From assembly GCA_005191425.1 (NCBI GenBank), contig SUPR01000064.1, forward strand, positions 1 to 21,032: DNA of 21,032 nt. The letters are read 5' to 3'. How positions within the stretch are numbered: the first letter of the stretch is position 1; each line of letters begins with the position of its first letter. This DNA comes from Candidatus Helarchaeota ASGARD archaeon Hel_GB_B. GTDB lineage: Archaea > Asgardarchaeota > Lokiarchaeia > Helarchaeales > HEL-GB-B. Made by a program: the position numbers and the translations under genes. This document shows positions 1 through 7,808 of the stretch, in pieces. The notes under the pieces were generated by a model. It searched no databases, was not told the origin of the DNA, and saw only the letters and a program-made list of their open reading frames with translations.

Positions 1-127
1 TCCTATTTTTTAAAAATGGAATTTTAACCATATCATATAATATTTTGGTTAAAATTATTTTGTCGTAAAATATTATTTTCATTAAAGCCCAATTTATTTA
101 AAAAGTAAAATAATTGTTAGATATATT

Positions 128-1264
128 GTGAGAAAATCAGGAATATCAACGCTTCTACTGCACCCTGGAATTGCCCCCCATTGGTTATTAAAAAGAATGA
201 AGAAACTGGCAGAAAAGGTCTTTATAATTTTATATGAAGAGTTTGGTTCAGATTTAATTTTAGAGAGACTTTCGAATCCAATTTGGTTTCAATGTTTATC
301 AAATACCCTTGCATTTGATTGGAATTCGTCAGGGACTACAACGGTTCTTACAGGTGTATTAAAATCAGTTTTAACTGAAGATTATGGCATACTAGTAGCT
401 GGGGGAAAAGGTAAGACAGCACTAAAAACACCTCTGGATATAGAAGAAATTAGCAAAAAATTTGAATTCTCAGAAGATAAAACTAGATCTCTAAAATATT
501 CAAGTAGGTTGGCTGCAAAAATAGATAATGCAGTAATACAAGATTCCTACAATTTGTATCACCATGCAATGTTTATTTCAGAAACAGGTAATTGGACAAT
601 AGTCCAACAAGGACTAAATATTGAAGAAAAATTGTCTAGAAGATATCATTGGCACTCAAAAGGAGTTAATAACTTTATTGATGATTATCCCGATCAAATT
701 ATTGGAAATATTAAACATAAAAGAGTTTTGAATATGACTTCAAAAGAAGCAGAAGAAAGCAGGAAAACATGTATAGATTTAGCGAAAGAAAAGCCTCGAA
801 AAATTGAAAATTTATTCAATTATCTCACATCTTATAGTAAAAATAAAATTTTATATTATTTGGACGCCCAGTGCCCCTTAAAAAAAGTGCCAGTTTTACA
901 TTACAAATTAATTCCTAAAAAAATGAATTGGAATGCGCTAAAGGAAACTTATGAATTTCAACCATCAAATTATGAAGAAATAATTAGTATTAAGGGAATT
1001 GGACCTGCAACAATAAGAGGTTTGGCATTAATTTCTGAATTAATATACGGAAATTATAATGATTGGAAAGACCCAGTTAAATATACATTTTGTTTAGGAG
1101 GAAAAGATGGCGTACCATATCCAGTCCCTCTAAAAAGATATGATAATACGATTCAAATTTTAAAGGACGCAGTAGAATCCGCAAAAATTGGAGAAAAAGA
1201 AAAACTTGATGCTATCAAACGCCTAAAAAGATTTGCTACTAATATTAGAATTAAAGTAGAATAA
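128..1264 (+). CDS. DUF763 family protein (archaeal, function unknown; HhH-like motif near C-terminus)
   Basis: GTG start. N-terminal LHPGIAPHWLLKRMKKLA, WFQCLSNTLAFDWNSSGTTT, YHHAMF, WTIVQQG, RYHW and FCLGGKDGVPYPV match the DUF763 pattern as recalled. KGIGPATIRGL is HhH-like. Confidence 0.9.
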   Translation: MRKSGISTLLLHPGIAPHWLLKRMKKLAEKVFIILYEEFGSDLILERLSNPIWFQCLSNTLAFDWNSSGTTTVLTGVLKSVLTEDYGILVAGGKGKTALKTPLDIEEISKKFEFSEDKTRSLKYSSRLAAKIDNAVIQDSYNLYHHAMFISETGNWTIVQQGLNIEEKLSRRYHWHSKGVNNFIDDYPDQIIGNIKHKRVLNMTSKEAEESRKTCIDLAKEKPRKIENLFNYLTSYSKNKILYYLDAQCPLKKVPVLHYKLIPKKMNWNALKETYEFQPSNYEEIISIKGIGPATIRGLALISELIYGNYNDWKDPVKYTFCLGGKDGVPYPVPLKRYDNTIQILKDAVESAKIGEKEKLDAIKRLKRFATNIRIKVE

Positions 1265-1404
1265 AATTTTCCCAATAAACAATTTAAAAAATAGATCAAT
1301 ATTTGGTTTAAGACATTAATTTAATTAATTTTAATAATTATTATTATGAAATGGATCTTTATTATTAATAGATGATTCAAAATTTCAGAATAATAAATTT
1401 TTGA

Positions 1405-2289
1405 ATGGTATTAGAAAAAAACACTCCAAAAAAGTTAACTTTTAAAACTTTTTTAATTTACTTTAATAAGATGAATAATAAAAATCATTTCTACAAAATT
1501 ATTGGAGTCATAATTTTTTTTATTGTAAGTTCAGCATTCCCATTTTATTTTATCACATATAGAGGAGCTACATTTACTACAATCTATATTTTTTCAATAT
1601 GGTCAGCTCTAATTCAATTTATATTAGGGTATATTGTTTTGGACAAAAGAAAATTAATTTTTGTGATAATTTTTTGGGTTTCCTATTTCATTTTTGTAAT
1701 TGGGGCAGATTTTTATGGAACGAAGGCAATAGACCCGCTTTTATATGGATGGATTTATGGTATTTTTTTTCTCATGTGTGGATTTATACTTTATAAATGG
1801 GAGATAAGATCAACATTACATGATAGATATGCCTTAATTATTTTTGGATATTTGTTTCAAGGAGTTTATGATTGGGTTTGGTGGGGAATTCAATATTTAG
1901 ACCCATTAGTCCCTCCCTATGGCAATTGGAACGATAAGTTCTATGTAAATTTAATAGTCCCAAATTCGACCTTATTTTCGGTTTTTATTATTGAATTAAT
2001 TAATTTAGTATTAGGAATAATTATTGTTATTTCATATCCAAAAGAAAATTGGGATTTCCTAATATTTTGTACTCACTGGTTATTTCTACAACTTTTAACA
2101 ATAATTTTGAGTTGGAACAAAATAAATTTTCCGTATATTATTTTATATATTGGAGTAGGTCTATCATTTTCTTTATATTTATTGCTAAAATATAAGAGAG
2201 ACGATGTATATTTTTTCTTTAAAAATTTAATAGGCCGAATTGAAGATTTATTTAACCAAAAAGAAGTAAAAATATTGAGAAATTTTTGA
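1405..2289 (+). CDS. Multi-pass integral membrane protein, unknown function (start may be ATG 1471)
   Basis: About 7-9 hydrophobic aromatic-rich segments over 294 aa; no recognised family motif. Confidence 0.7.
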   Translation: MVLEKNTPKKLTFKTFLIYFNKMNNKNHFYKIIGVIIFFIVSSAFPFYFITYRGATFTTIYIFSIWSALIQFILGYIVLDKRKLIFVIIFWVSYFIFVIGADFYGTKAIDPLLYGWIYGIFFLMCGFILYKWEIRSTLHDRYALIIFGYLFQGVYDWVWWGIQYLDPLVPPYGNWNDKFYVNLIVPNSTLFSVFIIELINLVLGIIIVISYPKENWDFLIFCTHWLFLQLLTIILSWNKINFPYIILYIGVGLSFSLYLLLKYKRDDVYFFFKNLIGRIEDLFNQKEVKILRNF

Positions 2290-2293
2290 AATA

Positions 2294-3427
2294 TTATATT
2301 TTATTTAATATATCAATAATTTTTTGGGTAATTTGTTCTGTTTTTGCAAATTTATTTTGTTGTTGATAAATTTTTGGGACTAGATCTTTAGGAATATAGC
2401 GCCAATTTTCTTTAAAATTTTCTAATAAAAGAAAATATTGTTTTATACTATCTTCTAATAATTTAGCTTCATCAAGTCCTAAATGTTCTAAAAGTAATTT
2501 TAAAGAAAGAATTGCAGCAATTGGGTTAGCTATACTAAGGCCTGCAATATCAGGAGCACTACCATGGACAGGTTCAAAGTATGGGTGTTTTGATCCAATA
2601 CAAGCACTAGGAGTTACTCCTAAACCACCAACTAATTCAGAACCTAAATCGCTTAAAATATCTCCATACTCATTTATAGTCAATAAAACATCTTGTTGTT
2701 CAGGAAATCTAATAAGTCTTCTAGCCATATCGTCAACATAATAGTCATTTATTTTAATTTTATATTTTTTAATATAATTTTGGGCAATAGAATAAGATAT
2801 TTCTTTAAATAATCCATCAGTAGCCATCATAACATTTGATTTGTGAACAATTGTTAGTTTACCTTGAAATCCTTGAGATTTACGTTCAACAGTTTTCTCA
2901 CAAGCTAATTTAGCTATACGTTTAGATTCATATTCAGTAATTATTTTTATGGCATAATGACCATTACTAGACTTAAAAAACCGTTGGTATTTATCTTCCG
3001 AGATAATTTCCTTCTTTACAAGTTCTTGAATATTGCCCTCACCTAGTCTAATTACACTATATAATCCTTCTAAATTTTCTCTAATAATTAGAAAATCAAT
3101 ATTATTAACATCTTTTAAGGGTGTTCTCAATCCTTTATATAGTTTACAAGGTCTAATATTTGCAAAATTATCAAGCCCAAATCGAAGATAGAGCAATACA
3201 TTTTTAGCTTTTGTATGAGTAGCTCCAAATAATATAGCATTTGAATCATCAATTGCTTCCTTGGTTTCTTGCGGGAACGTATCACCAAACATTTTTTCGG
3301 CTTGATCTCCAGCATATGCTTTTATTATCTCTATTTTTTGAGGTGCCAATTCAGTAAGAACTTTATATGCAGCATCAACTACTTCGATACCAATACCTTC
3401 TCCGCCAATTAAACAGATTTTTTTCAT
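2294..3427 (-). CDS. Isocitrate/isopropylmalate dehydrogenase family enzyme (LeuB- or AksF/homoisocitrate DH-like; NAD-type motif)
   Basis: GGEGIGIEV, LRFGLDNFANIRP, IRENLEGLY, VHKSNV..TDGLF, NEYGDILSD, FEPVHGSAPDIAG. Confidence 0.9.
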   Translation of the reverse strand: MKKICLIGGEGIGIEVVDAAYKVLTELAPQKIEIIKAYAGDQAEKMFGDTFPQETKEAIDDSNAILFGATHTKAKNVLLYLRFGLDNFANIRPCKLYKGLRTPLKDVNNIDFLIIRENLEGLYSVIRLGEGNIQELVKKEIISEDKYQRFFKSSNGHYAIKIITEYESKRIAKLACEKTVERKSQGFQGKLTIVHKSNVMMATDGLFKEISYSIAQNYIKKYKIKINDYYVDDMARRLIRFPEQQDVLLTINEYGDILSDLGSELVGGLGVTPSACIGSKHPYFEPVHGSAPDIAGLSIANPIAAILSLKLLLEHLGLDEAKLLEDSIKQYFLLLENFKENWRYIPKDLVPKIYQQQNKFAKTEQITQKIIDILNKI

Positions 3428-3470
3428 AATAAGACCAATTTAAATAATCATAAAGTTAAAAATTTTGAGA

Positions 3471-4631
3471 TTATTTAGTTAATTGTTTTATCTTATTTGC
3501 AATTGCATCGCCCACTTCACTTGTAGATGAGCTACCACCAAGATCATATGTCCTGATTTTACCTTCTTTCAATACTGCTTGAACTGCCTGATCAATTAAA
3601 TTTGAGCCCTTTTTTAACGTTGATTCGTCATTATTTTTCATTGATAACCAATCTAGCATCATTGCTCCGGCTAGAATTGTAGCAATTGGGTTAACAACAT
3701 TTTTTCCAGTATATTTAGGAGCACTTCCATGGAGAGGTTCGAACATTCCGTATTTGTCACCAACATTACCACTTGCAGCCATTCCGAGCGAACCCTGTAG
3801 TACTGCAGCTAGATCAGTCGCAATATCACCAAACATATTAGGTACAACACAAACATCAAACCATTCAGGTGTTCTAATTATCCACTGAGTAAACGCATCA
3901 ATAAAAGCATAATCTTGTTCTATTTCGGGATATTGAGGAGCGATCTCTTGATAAATTTTGCGAAACAATTTACAACCAGCAGTGACATTACTTTTATCGA
4001 CACAAGTGACTCTTAATTTTCCATCTTTTGGAGAACCTTTATTTCTCCGTTTACAATATTCAAATGCAAACTTTATAACACGTTCAGAACCTTTACGAGT
4101 AATAAGACGCACATCAGTTGCGATTTCAGTTTGACCGCCACGATTTAGACCACCATGAGTATCTGAATAAAGACCTTCTGTATTTTCTCTAATTGTTACA
4201 AAATCGACATTTTTAGGACTCCAAATATTGCGGAATTCTCCAGATATTTTGTGTTGAACCCCTTCAAAAAGTTTAGTTGGTCTAATATTTGCGTATAAGT
4301 CCAAACCAAATCGTAAGCCGAATAAGATATCTAATCCGACCATGCGTCCTGATGGATAAGAAACAGTTTTTCCTGTCTGTGGGTCAGTCCATCCAATTGC
4401 TCCTAATAGAATTGCATCGGCTTCATTTTTACATACATCAAAAACTTCTTTTGGCCATTCTTCTTTTTTTCCTGTTTTAAGATAATATTGTGCTCCACAT
4501 TCATATTCAATGAATTCAAAATTAATGTTATTTAGATTCTCTTCTACTGATTTTAAGACTTTTAACCCTTCATGTATGATTTCAGGACCAATTCCATCAC
4601 CAGGCAAAACTACTATTTTAAATTTTTTCAT
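3471..4631 (-). CDS. Isocitrate/isopropylmalate/tartrate dehydrogenase family enzyme (LeuB-like; KY coenzyme motif)
   Basis: LPGDGIGPEI, LRFGLDLYANIRP, IRENTEGLY, VDKSNV, NMFGDIATD, FEPLHGSAPKYTG, RTYDLGG. Confidence 0.9.
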   Translation of the reverse strand: MKKFKIVVLPGDGIGPEIIHEGLKVLKSVEENLNNINFEFIEYECGAQYYLKTGKKEEWPKEVFDVCKNEADAILLGAIGWTDPQTGKTVSYPSGRMVGLDILFGLRFGLDLYANIRPTKLFEGVQHKISGEFRNIWSPKNVDFVTIRENTEGLYSDTHGGLNRGGQTEIATDVRLITRKGSERVIKFAFEYCKRRNKGSPKDGKLRVTCVDKSNVTAGCKLFRKIYQEIAPQYPEIEQDYAFIDAFTQWIIRTPEWFDVCVVPNMFGDIATDLAAVLQGSLGMAASGNVGDKYGMFEPLHGSAPKYTGKNVVNPIATILAGAMMLDWLSMKNNDESTLKKGSNLIDQAVQAVLKEGKIRTYDLGGSSSTSEVGDAIANKIKQLTK

Positions 4632-4658
4632 TTAATTACCTTCATTAATGATAATTTT

Positions 4659-4847
4659 TCAATATTGTCTTTGGCTAAACCCTTTAATGAAATTTGTATA
4701 AAAAATCGTTGCACATTCAATACAAAAAATTTGTCCATCAATTACTTTAAAATTATTATCAGTAATTTCCTTTCTACAATTAATTACTGAACATCTATTA
4801 ACATTGCCTTCAAAAATCTGTTTTAAAAATCTCAAAAAGTATTTCAT
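4659..4847 (-). CDS. Small Zn-finger protein (C-x4-C-x17-C-x2-C, treble-clef/LIM-half-like)
   Basis: 62 aa ORF co-oriented between trpB2 and the dehydrogenases; CSVINC...IDGQIFCIEC. Confidence 0.6.
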   Translation of the reverse strand: MKYFLRFLKQIFEGNVNRCSVINCRKEITDNNFKVIDGQIFCIECATIFYTNFIKGFSQRQY

Positions 4848-4922
4848 AATTAAGATATCTTTTAATTTGATGAATAAAAAATTTTTTCCTTTTTAAAAAA
4901 ATAGAAGATGAAAGAAAATATT

Positions 4923-6233
4923 TTAAATACCCAGAACTTGTTCGTATCCAGAAAGATCCATCAATCCATGACCAGAATGGTTAAAAACAATGACCTTTTT
5001 TTCGCCGGTTTCTTTACATTTTCGAGCTTCTACGATTGCATGATGAATTGCGTGAGCTGTTTCAGGAGCTGGGATTAAACCCTCAACTTTTGCAAAAAGA
5101 TCTGCCGATTGAAATATTTCTTCTTGTGGATAGGTTACAGACCTAATAAGGCCTTCATGGACAAATAAAGATGCCGAAGGTGCAGCACCATGATATCTTA
5201 ATCCACCTGCATGAATGGGTGGTGGTATAAAGTCGCAACCCAAGGTATACATTTTTAATAATGGAGTTGATTTTGCTGTATCACCGAAATCATATCTATA
5301 TTCGCCATTAGTCATCGAAGGGCATGCAGTAGGTTCGACCGCTACAATATCAATTTTCTTACACTCTTTTCGGAGAGATTTACCCAAAAAAGGATAACAA
5401 AAGCCTGAAAAATTTGAGCCACCACCGACACAACCGATCATTATATCTGGAACTTTGTCTATTTTTTCAAATTGTTTGACAACTTCTTCTCCAACAATGC
5501 TTTGGTGTAGAAGAACAAAGCTTAATACACTTCCAAGCGAATATTTTGCTGTAGGGTCTTTCATAGCAACTTCAATAGCTTCACTGATAGCTATGCCTAA
5601 AGAACCATTATATTTTGCTTTATCTTTCAAAAATTCTTTACCACATTCTGTTTGATCACTTGGACTTGCCACACAATCAGCGCCGTATAAGTTCATAATT
5701 ACCTTTCTGAGTGGTTTTTGTTCATAGCTTATTCTGACCATAAAGACTTTACATTTAATTCCAAATAAGGCACATGCATAAGACAGAGCAGAACCCCATT
5801 GTCCAGCGCCAGTTTCGGTAGTTAATGTTTCCAGCCCCTCTTTTGCTGCATAATAAGCTTGCGCAACAGCAGTGTTTGGTTTGTGACTGCCTGGAGGAGA
5901 CAAATCTTCTCTTTTATAATAAATTTCAGCTGGAGTATCCAAATATTTTTCTAACCTAACAGCTCGACATAAGGGTGACGGTCTTCCAAGACTATTCATA
6001 TAGATATCCAATAATTCATCGGGTATATCAATATATCTTTTATCACTGACTTCTTGTTTTATACATTCTACTGGAAACAATTCCATAAGGGGTTCAGGAG
6101 GCATTGGTTCTCTAGTTGCCGGGTTCAGAGGGGGAGGAAAAGGTACTGGAGAATCTACGGAAATATTGTACCATTTTCTTGGCATTTCATCAAGTGTTAA
6201 AATAACTCTATTTTTTTCGACCATTTTTATCAA
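4923..6233 (-). CDS. trpB2: Tryptophan synthase beta chain, type 2 (TrpB2); probable start ATG 6224
   Basis: PLP lysine motif GSHKPN, TTETGAGQWG, VGGGSNF, HAGGLRYHG, PAPETAHA and the long N-terminal WYNI extension typical of TrpB2. Confidence 0.95.
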   Translation of the reverse strand: MIKMVEKNRVILTLDEMPRKWYNISVDSPVPFPPPLNPATREPMPPEPLMELFPVECIKQEVSDKRYIDIPDELLDIYMNSLGRPSPLCRAVRLEKYLDTPAEIYYKREDLSPPGSHKPNTAVAQAYYAAKEGLETLTTETGAGQWGSALSYACALFGIKCKVFMVRISYEQKPLRKVIMNLYGADCVASPSDQTECGKEFLKDKAKYNGSLGIAISEAIEVAMKDPTAKYSLGSVLSFVLLHQSIVGEEVVKQFEKIDKVPDIMIGCVGGGSNFSGFCYPFLGKSLRKECKKIDIVAVEPTACPSMTNGEYRYDFGDTAKSTPLLKMYTLGCDFIPPPIHAGGLRYHGAAPSASLFVHEGLIRSVTYPQEEIFQSADLFAKVEGLIPAPETAHAIHHAIVEARKCKETGEKKVIVFNHSGHGLMDLSGYEQVLGI

Positions 6234-6360
6234 CTATACATATTACATTATCAAAATTTTTTAATTTTTATTTTTAAAATTTTTAAAAATTTATTAAAAT
6301 TCAATAAAATATTTTGTAACAAAAATTATTTATTAAAATCTGTTGAATATGACACTAATT

Positions 6361-6495
6361 TTAGTTATTCCAAGGCCATATAAAAGGAGTATCAGTGAAG
6401 TTTAAAAAAAAATCACTATTTACCGACTTTTTTCTAAAAATTCCGTTCTTTACTTTAAATCGTGTCATATATATCCTTTGGTGTTTATTATGCAT
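6361..6495 (-). CDS. Candidate Trp leader peptide (44 aa from ATG 6495, or 35 aa from ATG 6468): ...MTRFKVKNGIFRKKSVNSDFFLNFTDTPFIWPWNN
   Basis: Hand-translated. Two TGG codons near the stop; located in the 5' region of trpB2; flanked by a 9-bp inverted repeat (6347-6355 and 6462-6470). Confidence 0.45.
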   Translation of the reverse strand: MHNKHQRIYMTRFKVKNGIFRKKSVNSDFFLNFTDTPFIWPWNN

Positions 6496-6516
6496 TATTG
6501 TATTTTTTTTTTTAAT

Positions 6517-6536
6517 ATTGTCATTTTTTTGACAAT
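6517..6536. promoter_or_regulatory. Inverted repeat ATTGTCA-N6-TGACAAT (operator or 5' hairpin) in the divergent trpB2/ACT-regulator region
   Basis: Perfect 7-6-7 palindrome read directly from the sequence. Confidence 0.45.
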
Positions 6537-6558
6537 TATGTGGTTTTGGTTACATACA

Positions 6559-6577
6559 TTTATATTTAAACTTTACG
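6559..6577. promoter_or_regulatory. Putative TATA box (TTTAAATA on minus strand, 6563-6570) with purine-rich BRE-like flank; may serve both directions
   Basis: TTTATATTTAAA at 6559-6570. Assignment is weak in such AT-rich DNA. Confidence 0.3.
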
Positions 6578-6619
6578 GATATTAATATAGAAAACTAGTT
6601 TGAATAAATTGGTATAACA

Positions 6620-7189
6620 ATGTCGCTTAATAAAGATGATCTAGAAAATTTTTGGAAAATAATTAAGAACCTATTTAAGAAGAGCCCCAAAAAAATTGAA
6701 GTAATCAAGTTGCTATTGATGTCTGGTTTTTCAATTAAAAATAAAAAGATTTATTGCAATAATATAGAAATTCCCAATACTAGTATTGCAAGCGCTTTAA
6801 AAATAGATAGGAGGTCAGTAATTGGTACTATTGAGAAAATATATCCATCTAACAATGAGATTTCTAAGCTTAACGATGAAGATAAAAAAAATTTAGCTAT
6901 AATACAAAAGGTGTTGAATAATATTTTCCCCGTTGGAATCTTTGTTTGGGATAATAATAAGAAGGTAATTGAAGTTACTGCCGATTCAAAGGAATTTGGA
7001 ATAATATCAAATGTTACAAAATTTATTGCGGATGAAAAAATAAGTATAAGACAAATAATTGCTACTGACCCAGATTTAGACCTTAATCCGCGATTGACTA
7101 TATTTACAAACGAAGAGGTTCCTGGAGAAACTTTATCAAAAATTTTGGAAATAAAAGGAGTCTTAACAGCATCATATGGTAAACGATAA
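6620..7189 (+). CDS. ACT-domain regulator of amino-acid metabolism (COG2150-like)
   Basis: N-terminal GFSIK..KIYCNNIEIP...IA.ALKIDRRSV (HTH-like); C-terminal ACT-like ISIRQIIATDPDL..PRLTIFT..VPG. Confidence 0.85.
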   Translation: MSLNKDDLENFWKIIKNLFKKSPKKIEVIKLLLMSGFSIKNKKIYCNNIEIPNTSIASALKIDRRSVIGTIEKIYPSNNEISKLNDEDKKNLAIIQKVLNNIFPVGIFVWDNNKKVIEVTADSKEFGIISNVTKFIADEKISIRQIIATDPDLDLNPRLTIFTNEEVPGETLSKILEIKGVLTASYGKR

Positions 7190-7218
7190 ATTACTTTTAT
7201 TTCAAAATATTTTAAAAA

Positions 7219-7485
7219 TTATTTTATCAAATTAACTTTTGCTGTAACTATTGTAATAACGTCCAATTGCTCCAGAAATATGAATAAATAGGGAAAACCA
7301 TCACTTTTTCTTACTATATACCCATATCTAAATTCATCATTTTCAGATTCTTCAATAGTCGCAATAATTTCGCCTTCAATATAATCCCCAAACTTTTCTT
7401 TTGCATCTTCTTTCATGTCAAGCCCAAAAAAATCACCAGTAAATCTATAAAACTCCCAAAATTTATCGTGCTCTTTTAATTTCAT
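7219..7485 (-). CDS. Small acidic hypothetical protein
   Basis: 88 aa ORF with a GGTGA Shine-Dalgarno-like motif upstream of the ATG. Confidence 0.65.
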   Translation of the reverse strand: MKLKEHDKFWEFYRFTGDFFGLDMKEDAKEKFGDYIEGEIIATIEESENDEFRYGYIVRKSDGFPYLFIFLEQLDVITIVTAKVNLIK

Positions 7486-7808
7486 AGTAATTCATCACCA
7501 TAATTTTAGATTTAATAATAAAAATCTTAATTAAAAATTTTATTGTTTGGACTTTTTACTTAAATTGTAAAAAAAATCAATAAAACAAAAGATAATTTAA
7601 TTTAAAATTTGGATTAAACATTGAATTAAATAAATAAATTATTCTTAAAAGACCATACTCTATTTTAAGAAAATTAATAAATTTATCAAAAATAAAAAAA
7701 AATAATACGTGAGAAAAATCATATTTTTAAGATTGTTAGAAGATAAAAATGATAAGTTATTTGTATTTTAAAAAGATAAATGGTGGATTATGAGATAATG
7801 TTTTAGAT

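Noticed and set aside
1405-2289. Rhodopsin or heliorhodopsin candidate
   Set aside because: No retinal-binding Lys in a DxxxK/SxxxK context in the last helix.
4628-4645. Mini-ORF MKVIK overlapping the dehydrogenase ATG
   Set aside because: Explained by the GAAGGT SD-like sequence; no associated structure.
4923-6233. trpB without trpA as an anomaly
   Set aside because: Stand-alone location is the established norm for TrpB2.
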